Assembly: GCA_964589775.1 (NCBI GenBank)
Contig: CAZPUN010000050.1
Coordinates: 1-32,000 of the forward strand
Direction of reading: 5' to 3'
Length of the DNA stretch: 32,000 nucleotides
Source: an uncultured archaeon
GTDB lineage: Archaea > Asgardarchaeota > Thorarchaeia > Thorarchaeales > CAZPUN01
Shown here: positions 1 to 7,287 of the stretch, piece by piece
How the letters are laid out: every line of letters begins with the position of its first letter
Numbering within the stretch: position 1 is the stretch's first letter
Notes under the pieces: model-generated
What the model was told of the DNA's origin: nothing
Database searches by the model: none
What the model saw: the letters and a program-made list of their open reading frames with translations, nothing else
Position numbers and translations under genes: made by a program

Positions 1-901
1 TGGGAGTTTTAATTTGGAGGGGGCATCGTAGTCGGAAATGGTGCCAATAAAATTCATGATTTTGTCTATTATTGCGTAATATCAACTACAGTTATCTGAT
101 AATCGCGGAAAAATACTATTTAGTTTTATATTTGGTATAAATGCGAATAATTTCAAAAATATGGGATAAAGTGGTATTTACGGGCATAATAGGCGTTTTG
201 ATAAGAAAATGTTAGTTTTCAGTTTTTCAATTTGCAACTTTTGCGAGTTCATTTTCGACAGTAGGGGAATGCAACATAAATCAGGAATTGGAGTAGGTGG
301 TATTGGATATGGTAGATTGAGATAGATTCGAATAAACAAGTTCGGGTAAAATAAGGGAATTGGGTAAAAGCACCTATTGCGATAGGATGTAAAAATTTGG
401 GTTAGGATATTTATGCAAGATTAATTATGGATGGATCTTTAGCATGTTGATTTAAATGTGGACACTAGGCGGAAAGGTTTCGAGTTTAGTAGTGAATGAT
501 TTTTGAAACCCAAGATAGCCAGCATACTTAGGAAAAATTTTGAGTTTAGCAGGGTATGAAATAGAGTATCAATATTTTCAACATGCAATTAGAATTCTGC
601 TGAGCAAGTTAAGAATTGAATAGTGTTAATATACATAGGAATATTGAAAATTCCCTTCAAATTAATAAAAACGGCTTTTCAAGAGTATTTCTTGGAACCG
701 AGGCACATAATCTTTGAATACGTTTAGCAAAATAAGAAAAACCGCAATGGATACAAAAAATGGCATTAAAAAAGAGATTATGTGAAGGTATAGTTAAATG
801 ATTTCAGATCTGCAAAAAGTCTTTAAGGATTTATGAAAGCGCGTTTTGCAACATCTTGCGCTCGAGTTATATTCACGTTATCATAAGATGATCATAATTA
901 C

Positions 902-1117
902 AAACTCTGCGAGAAAGCATCGTTTTTCAAAGCGGTGACGAATCGCAGAAAAGCTTATCAATGGTTATACATATCTTATTGGAACTAAACATACTAAAAG
1001 GGGGCTGGAGCGATAATCAAAGCTCCCGTCGGAACACGACTAGTATACGCGTGAAATGGCTACCAATGGATAGCCTATACGCAGAACCCTCGCATCTCAA
1101 TTCGGGGGGCATGTCAA
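902..1117 (+). mobile_element. Non-autonomous IS200/IS605-family miniature element (PATE-like), copy A, with tnpB 3' remnant and omegaRNA-like right end
   Basis: Left end: TTAC (898-901), AAAG (914-917), then hairpin CATCGTTTT-TC-AAAGCGGTG (918-937). Right end: GAAC (1084-1087), hairpin CCTCG..CGGGG, then GGCATG-TCAA (ends 1117). This is the IS608 end layout. Bases 961-1005 read as a frameshifted TnpB C-terminus (VIH..LIG..LNILKGG). A homologous copy lies at 18508-18757. Confidence 0.75.
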
Positions 1118-1370
1118 AAAATAGATCAAAAGTTTTCTCTATTCCTCTACGTACTGTGCACACTTTTAAATACCTTTCATTTTTATTTTGGCGTCCAATA
1201 CCTCTTAAAATATCTTTCCATGTTCCTTATATTTTTAATTTGTATTATATTCATATACTGTTGAAAATCAGCCCGCAAGGATCCCGGATTGAAAGAATGA
1301 CTTAAAGAAAGAAGCATTGTAATGACCGTTGGATTAATTAATAAAAAATGGTGGTGCTACATGATGCAAT

Positions 1371-1949
1371 ATGAATTTCAGTCTCATCTTATTGGCAGGG
1401 GTACTTGTATCGCAGGCAGAATTTGCTGACAAGACACAGCTTGCTGTAATATTTACGGCTGCGAAGGTAGGGCGTCCTATGGCGGTTGTATTCATGTCAT
1501 CAATAGCCTTGATTATGGCTACATTTGTTGGGGTTATAGCGGGTGGGCTTGTTTCCTTTGTAATTCCCACGGATCTAATAACCACGATTGCGGCGATTGG
1601 TTTCATAATTATGGGAATATATGGTTTATATGAGAAAGGCGAGTCAGAAGACGAAGAGAGTGAATCCAACAAGACCTTGTTAGGAATTGTAAGTCTTGTA
1701 TTTCTTGCTGAAATGGGTGATAAGACACAGCTAGCAGTAATTCTTTTATCTGCTCAGTCAGGTGGTTATCTTGAAGTTTTTATTGGGGCATCGCTTGGAT
1801 TGACTTTCGTCACGATTATCGGTGTGATCATCGGTCAAAAATTAAGGCACTTTCCGCTCGAAAAGATAAAAATAGCCGGTTCTATCCTTTTCATAATCAT
1901 TGGTGTGGCCATGCTTTTCGAGGCACTCGGATTCTTTTTATTTCTGTAG
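1371..1949 (+). CDS. GDT1/TMEM165 (UPF0016) family Ca2+/Mn2+ transporter
   Basis: Two copies of the E-x-G-D-K-T motif (EFADKTQ, EMGDKTQ), about 6 TM helices and an acidic central loop. Confidence 0.92.
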   Translation: MNFSLILLAGVLVSQAEFADKTQLAVIFTAAKVGRPMAVVFMSSIALIMATFVGVIAGGLVSFVIPTDLITTIAAIGFIIMGIYGLYEKGESEDEESESNKTLLGIVSLVFLAEMGDKTQLAVILLSAQSGGYLEVFIGASLGLTFVTIIGVIIGQKLRHFPLEKIKIAGSILFIIIGVAMLFEALGFFLFL

Positions 1950-2030
1950 TTTTTGAAACTTTGGCAATTCTTCCGTGTCTCGAAGGCCCTTTTGTTTCTT
2001 GGATTCTTTTCATTTCTGTAGTTTTTGAAA
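1926..2030. repeat. 33-bp direct repeat (2 mismatches) separated by 39 bp
   Basis: 1926-1958 CTCGGATTCTTTTTATTTCTGTAGTTTTTGAAA versus 1998-2030 CTTGGATTCTTTTCATTTCTGTAGTTTTTGAAA; period 72 bp. Confidence 0.9.
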
Positions 2031-2543
2031 TGCGTTCTCAAAGGCATCTACTACATTTTTTGAAATTCCAACAAATACGATACGCTTTGGGAATGCATTT
2101 CCTGCCCTTATATGATTTATCGCTTGCCGCATCATGGCTTCTGTGGCGTGTTCCGGTGTGACGCCGCCAACCCCTGCTCCCAAAGCCGGTAATGTTACGC
2201 TTTCAATTTTTAATCTCTGGCACTCCGCAAATACTGCTTTTGTTGCTTTTGATATGTTCTCTTCGTTTGCGGGCATTCCCGGTTCCATCGCGGGTGCATG
2301 GATCACATATTTCATAGGGAGCCTTCCCGCCGATGTCGTAACTACTTCGCCAATTTGTATTGGACCCTTTTGCATGGCTTCTTTTTCAATCTCGATACCG
2401 CCTTTGCGTTTGATTGCACCTGCCACTCCGGCTCCCATCCATAAATGCGTATTTGCAGCATTTACTATCGCGGTCGTGTCCGATTCAGTAATATCTCGAA
2501 GGGCAATTTCGATTATTTTTCCATTCACGTTGTGTCTATACAT
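2010..2543 (-). CDS. Macrodomain (MacroD/YmdB-like) ADP-ribose-binding/hydrolase protein
   Basis: Motifs DIT, AIVNAAN..L.MGAGVAGAI..KGG, YVIHA and LPALGAGVGG; Shine-Dalgarno AGGAGG upstream. Confidence 0.93.
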   Translation of the reverse strand: MYRHNVNGKIIEIALRDITESDTTAIVNAANTHLWMGAGVAGAIKRKGGIEIEKEAMQKGPIQIGEVVTTSAGRLPMKYVIHAPAMEPGMPANEENISKATKAVFAECQRLKIESVTLPALGAGVGGVTPEHATEAMMRQAINHIRAGNAFPKRIVFVGISKNVVDAFENAFQKLQK

Positions 2544-2803
2544 TTTCTTTTCCTCCTAATTCTATAATCTGAATTTTGGGATATATATTTATTTGGCGCT
2601 ATTTTATCTTGAATATTGCAATTTTATTTAATTTACGAATTATTATTTTTTTATAGTTGCAAAAATTGGAAAAATATTTCTGAATTTTATGATTTTCACA
2701 ATTCAATTAGGTAAAAAATAATCGATTTTTTATTTTACAAAGGAAATTTTTTACAAATATTATGACAAGATATATATATTGTTTTCTTTTGCATAGTACA
2801 CAC

Positions 2804-2822
2804 TTGGTCTGTCATAGACCAA
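2804..2822. promoter_or_regulatory. Inverted repeat in the leader of the secreted protease gene (operator or RNA hairpin)
   Basis: TTGGTCT-GTCAT-AGACCAA, located between a TATA-like run (about 2770-2780) and the SD GGAGAGG. Confidence 0.45.
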
Positions 2823-2837
2823 ATGGAGAGGTAAGCG

Positions 2838-4340
2838 ATGCGAAAAGGAAAGTATGCGATTGCCATATCCGTAGCACTATTGGCATTGTTCATCTTACCG
2901 GTCTTCTTATCTTCGAATCATGCTTCTGCAGCGATCATTAGATTGAACAATGTCAATGCGAGAGCTACCGAGAGTTATGTTGTGGAATCCCCACACAACT
3001 ATCCAAACTATTATGACCACACTTGGACAATTACAAAGTCCGGTGCTTCAAAAATCAAAGTACACTTTACGACCATCTCGACAGAGTATGGTTATGATTA
3101 TGTATATGTGTACGATGCGAATCAAAATCTAATAAATCGCTACTCTGGATATTATACTGATGTCTGGAGTGCGGAATCCTCCGGTGATACAATTTATGTC
3201 CGACTAAAGTCAGACTATTCAGTCACACGATGGGGATTCAAGATCGACATGATCTATTACGAGACCGGTGGCTCTACTGGTGGAGGAGACGAGGATGTTG
3301 TTTTAACCTCTGGTACCGCTGAAAATGGTTATCTTAGCGGAACTGGAGATAAGGATTACTACAAGATTGAAGTCCCCTCAGGTGCGACCCAACTAAAAAT
3401 TGTGACCGATGGCCCCTCATCATCAGACTTTGACGTATATGCGAAATTAGGTTCCCGCCCCACAACCTCCACATACGACTATCGTGCATACACAAGCTCA
3501 TCTGATGAAACAATCACAATCAGCAATCCAGGTGCCGGCTGGTGGTACATTATGGTAAATAGCTACTCTGGTTCTGGTAGCTATTCAATTACTGCCACAG
3601 TGACAACCAGCAGTGGCGGTGGCGGCTCTGGTGGCGATGGTGTTACCAGACGATATGCCGTTATCGTAGGTATATCCGACTATAAGGCCATTAGCGATCT
3701 GAGCTACTGTGATGAAGATGCCTCAGATTGGTACAATTATCTACACAACATGGGATATCAGATTGAAGTCTATGGTGACACACATCAGAGTAATTATCCA
3801 CGCTATGATGGATTAGCAACTGAAGCAAATGTAAAAGCAGCAATTAGCAACATGGTACAAAACGCTGATGCCGATGACATTATTGCCTACATTTCATCTG
3901 GACATGGTTCCGGAGATGGTAATGGCAATTCATATCTATGTATGTGGGATTGCAACTCGGGTGAGAACGGTCAAGACGGTAAGCTTCGCGATACCGAGCT
4001 TGCTGACTTGTTTGCCTCTGCTACAGCAAAGGTCTTTATCTTCCTCGACCACTGCTACAGTGGTGGTATGGATGAAGTAGTAACCCAGAACAGCAATGGT
4101 CACAACGTCTTCTTAACAACCACCTGTACTGCTAACGGATATGGTTATGACGACTCAACGCATCACAATGGTGCATGGACATACTGGTTCCTCGAAGCTG
4201 GTTTGATTAACCACTTCCACAGTGATCCAAACACATCAATGGAAGATGCCTATGCATGGGCTGTATCACAATATCCATACAGTGGTGGAGACACCCCACA
4301 GAAATTCGACGGCGATACAAGTTCATTCTTCTACCTATAA
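2838..4340 (+). CDS. Secreted caspase-family (clan CD, C14-like) peptidase with N-terminal CUB and PPC domains
   Basis: Signal peptide ending ASA/A. CUB-like segment ESPHNYPN..WTI...YDYVYVYD...LKSDYSV..WGFKI. PPC segment DYYKIEVP...DFDVYAK...GWWYIMV. Gly/Ser linkers. Caspase fold RYAVIVGISDY, with SGHG (His) and DHCYSGG (Cys). Confidence 0.85.
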   Translation: MRKGKYAIAISVALLALFILPVFLSSNHASAAIIRLNNVNARATESYVVESPHNYPNYYDHTWTITKSGASKIKVHFTTISTEYGYDYVYVYDANQNLINRYSGYYTDVWSAESSGDTIYVRLKSDYSVTRWGFKIDMIYYETGGSTGGGDEDVVLTSGTAENGYLSGTGDKDYYKIEVPSGATQLKIVTDGPSSSDFDVYAKLGSRPTTSTYDYRAYTSSSDETITISNPGAGWWYIMVNSYSGSGSYSITATVTTSSGGGGSGGDGVTRRYAVIVGISDYKAISDLSYCDEDASDWYNYLHNMGYQIEVYGDTHQSNYPRYDGLATEANVKAAISNMVQNADADDIIAYISSGHGSGDGNGNSYLCMWDCNSGENGQDGKLRDTELADLFASATAKVFIFLDHCYSGGMDEVVTQNSNGHNVFLTTTCTANGYGYDDSTHHNGAWTYWFLEAGLINHFHSDPNTSMEDAYAWAVSQYPYSGGDTPQKFDGDTSSFFYL

Positions 4341-4343
4341 GAT

Positions 4344-4376
4344 GAGTGAGTCCTTCACTCCTTTTTTTTATTTTTT
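4344..4376 (+). terminator. Hairpin plus oligo-T terminator
   Basis: GAGTGAG-TCC-TTCACTC followed by T8 and T6 tracts immediately after the stop codon. Confidence 0.6.
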
Positions 4377-4431
4377 AATATTCGTTTGTCAGGCAATTTG
4401 AATTATTAACTCATTTTCAAAAATAGAGATT

Positions 4432-4507
4432 TGGAGCCGACGAGGGGAGTTGAACCCCTATATAAACGGTCTGCAGCCGTTCGCGTCAGCCGTTCCGCCA
4501 CGTCGGC
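4432..4507 (-). tRNA. tRNA-Cys (GCA), intron-less, CCA encoded
   Basis: The reverse complement folds as a cloverleaf: acceptor stem GCCGACG/CGTCGGC, anticodon arm AACGG-CTGCAGA-CCGTT, T-loop TTCAACT, discriminator U73, then CCA. Confidence 0.97.
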
Positions 4508-4666
4508 ACTTGAAACAAGAAGATATACAAATCAAATATAAATGTTAATATATATGTATTTTACGATTATGCTTAAATTATATTTTATATATATTTTATG
4601 TGTGGTTAAAAAATAAAAACTCTTAAGAGTAAGTATATATGATTTAATAATTGGAATAAATCCCGC

Positions 4667-6601
4667 GTGATAGGGGGCTTACACTTGATTCATAATGTTT
4701 TCATCATCGATATGAACGAAAGAAAAGTAGTGGCACACGATCAATTCTGGAAGATTTATATTTCAGAGCCACAAATAGAAGAGTTTATTGACGGATATTA
4801 CGACCTGATAAGTAGTGGAATTGCAGAAGGAACTCCGATACATGTAGGCCCTCACGTGTTATATTACTCTCGGATCACTGATGAATTGATGCTTGTTTTC
4901 GCCACTGATGGTAAAGATGAAGAGCGTGTTATAAAATTCAAAGTTCGAGAAGGCGCTTCACGTCTCGCAACTGCTCTAAAGGGCAATCAATTTCAATACA
5001 TACGGGATAATCTTTCAGATATTTTAGGCGAATTGATTATCACCCGATTCAAGTTTTCATTTGTCGGTCTTGGTGGTGTTGGAAAAAGTACTCTATTGCG
5101 ATTACTATTTGGTAAGGAGCCTGCACCCGGTGGTTATGTTCCGACAATTAATGTTGCTGTAGATGCTACCGAAACAATTCGATTTGGTACTTATGATTGT
5201 GTCATTTGGGATTTTGGAGGACAGGAAATATTTCATGACCTATGGCAATTTTACTTCCAGGGCACGGATATTATATTTCTTGTGAGCGACTCGTCATTTC
5301 GAAATGTAATGCAGACAAAAACTCTGTTAAGAAACATACGCCGTCAGGCTCCGGCAGTCCCAATTTACATAATTGCAAACAAGCAAGACCTACCTGAAAG
5401 TATGAAGCCAGAGAGCATTCAGAGATTGCTTGGTGTTCCAACATTTCCTATGGTTGCTACAGATAAATCGCGTAGGGAAGAATTTATTCGTCTAATGCTT
5501 GAAGTGGCTACAAAAAGTGCTGGTGTTACCCTGCCCGACCGTCCGATAAGTGACCTCATTGTTGTTCGTAGAAAGACGGAACTTGAAAGTGAAAAACAAA
5601 CAGAGCCTGAAAAGAAAGTCCAAACAATGGAGGAATTTTGGGAAGATACTGAAACGACAACAGAGCCGAAACCTGCTGAGCCTGAAGAGGCGGAAATTTC
5701 TGAAGAAGAGGAGGAACTTCCTGAAGTTTATGAAAAACCCGTTGAAAAGCCAAAAGCACCAGTTGTTAAGTCTATTGCACCCCCTAAGATCTACCGTATA
5801 ATTGTATTTCATAAAGCTACTGGTGAGCTCATTCTCTCCTTAGATTATGACTTTTCTGTTGATATTGAAAACACTACTTTGATTGGAATGGTACTTGCTG
5901 CTGAGCATTTCGGACGTGACATGCATTCTCAGTCTGATGAACCAGTGAAAGCCATCAAACGAAAAGATGATGTGGTTATCGTTGGTATTGGCGAACATAT
6001 CGCAATGGCGATTCTAGCTGCCAAAGGAATTGATGAAAAATCACTTAGCACCAAAATTATAGAACTTGTTAAAGAGTTTGAAGATATATATCAATTTGAT
6101 TTGAACCCTTGGGATGGCAATACTTCGAAATTCGGCATGTTCTCAATTAATATAGTACAACAGTTCCCAATGAAGAAAATCGCATTGGATCAGATTCCGA
6201 GACGTAGAGCTGTGGGGCGTCCATTACCTATTGCGGATCAAATTTTCGGACGCAAGATTGTTGAAGTACAAATGGCTATTGACGGCAAGAAAAAGGTTTC
6301 CGACATTGCGAAAGAGTTAGAAATCACTAAGGAAGAACTTTTGGCGTCTCTGCAAATTCTCTATAATTACAATTGGATCGATCTTAAGAGTGTAATTAAT
6401 GAAAATACGAGATTGAAGAAGATCAAGGATCCAGACCCTGAACTTATTGAATTTTATGGCGATATTATTCTCAAATTTGTAAATCTATGTGATGGTAATA
6501 AACCCCTGAAGCAGATTGTAAATATGATTGGCATGAGTCATAGTGCTATGAGCTTTGTTGCTCAGAAATTAGTTGTAGATGGCGTTCTAGAAATAATTTA
6601 A
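4667..6601 (+). CDS. Multidomain small GTPase: longin-like / Arf-like GTPase / acidic linker / longin / tandem winged helix (NPRL2-like)
   Basis: G1 GLGGVGKST, G2 YVPTI, G3 WDFGGQ and G4 NKQD. Longin-like segments at the N-terminus and from about aa 374. Two C-terminal xDG..wHTH repeats. The true start may be the TTG at 4685. Confidence 0.85.
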   Translation: MIGGLHLIHNVFIIDMNERKVVAHDQFWKIYISEPQIEEFIDGYYDLISSGIAEGTPIHVGPHVLYYSRITDELMLVFATDGKDEERVIKFKVREGASRLATALKGNQFQYIRDNLSDILGELIITRFKFSFVGLGGVGKSTLLRLLFGKEPAPGGYVPTINVAVDATETIRFGTYDCVIWDFGGQEIFHDLWQFYFQGTDIIFLVSDSSFRNVMQTKTLLRNIRRQAPAVPIYIIANKQDLPESMKPESIQRLLGVPTFPMVATDKSRREEFIRLMLEVATKSAGVTLPDRPISDLIVVRRKTELESEKQTEPEKKVQTMEEFWEDTETTTEPKPAEPEEAEISEEEEELPEVYEKPVEKPKAPVVKSIAPPKIYRIIVFHKATGELILSLDYDFSVDIENTTLIGMVLAAEHFGRDMHSQSDEPVKAIKRKDDVVIVGIGEHIAMAILAAKGIDEKSLSTKIIELVKEFEDIYQFDLNPWDGNTSKFGMFSINIVQQFPMKKIALDQIPRRRAVGRPLPIADQIFGRKIVEVQMAIDGKKKVSDIAKELEITKEELLASLQILYNYNWIDLKSVINENTRLKKIKDPDPELIEFYGDIILKFVNLCDGNKPLKQIVNMIGMSHSAMSFVAQKLVVDGVLEII

Positions 6602-6671
6602 TTGCATATTTTTACTTTTTTTCTTTTATTCGAAGAGTTAATAAGAGTATTTTACATATTTTACTTGATAG

Positions 6672-7226
6672 GTGTTGCGAGGTATGAATATGGTCGATAA
6701 ACGATACAAAATCATATTAGTCTCCAATGAGCCTGAGGTTTGGAGTAACTTTCTCAACCAGACCTGCCAGTATATAGCAGACAAGCTCACTAATGAAATG
6801 GAACGCGGTAGCGTAGATATAATTCCAATTCCTCCAGAATATCTATCCATAACGGGATTGACAAAATCAAAATTTGCAGAAAAATATCGTGAAGTTTTTG
6901 ATGATGACACTATTCTTGTAATTCCCGTATCTAAAACGAACTACCTTGAGATGATGGACCTTCGGCTTAAAATTGCGTCTTTGGATTCTATAATGCGCAG
7001 GAAGATAAAATCTCTTGTCATAATTAATTCTACGGAAGGTAAAATCACACGTGAAGATCTTATGAATTATAAGACATTGGCAGGTTCAACTCTTGGAATT
7101 TTAATTACCAATCCATATCGCATGGAAAACGCAAAATATGTTGCTGATGAACTATATAATTTCATTCACAAGGGTGCGGTTCCGGAAAACATTCTGGTGG
7201 ATTACAGACTCCGATTCTTTAAATAA
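6672..7226 (+). CDS. Hypothetical protein, probable degenerate small-GTPase fold
   Basis: About 180 aa. The YKIILVS start and the alternating beta/alpha pattern match Ras-like G domains, but GKS, DxxG and NKxD are absent. Likely start is the ATG at 6690, after GAGGT. Confidence 0.6.
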   Translation: MLRGMNMVDKRYKIILVSNEPEVWSNFLNQTCQYIADKLTNEMERGSVDIIPIPPEYLSITGLTKSKFAEKYREVFDDDTILVIPVSKTNYLEMMDLRLKIASLDSIMRRKIKSLVIINSTEGKITREDLMNYKTLAGSTLGILITNPYRMENAKYVADELYNFIHKGAVPENILVDYRLRFFK

Positions 7227-7287
7227 TGGGCTTCATTGGAGACGTATGTGGAAGAAAATATTGAAGAATGTATCATCTTAGTTGGGA

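Noticed and set aside
906-949. SECIS or riboswitch reading of the GAAAG-bulged hairpin
   Set aside because: No in-frame UGA selenoprotein candidate lies nearby. The TTAC/AAAG context and pairing with a right end favour an IS left end.
985-1117. 5S rRNA or replication-origin ORB box (GGAAC...AAAAGGGGG)
   Set aside because: There are no 5S consensus motifs, the ORB match is poor and single, and no cdc6/orc1 gene is nearby. An IS right end explains the sequence better.
961-1305. 114-aa ORF in the track
   Set aside because: It runs through the structured right end of the miniature element into AT-rich DNA. Only the first ~15 codons resemble a TnpB remnant.
4432-4507. Integrated element at tRNA-Cys
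   Set aside because: No integrase and no duplicated tRNA 3' end were seen in the window.
5570-5770. Tandem repeat in the Glu/Pro/Lys-rich segment
   Set aside because: Low-complexity linker with no regular nucleotide period.
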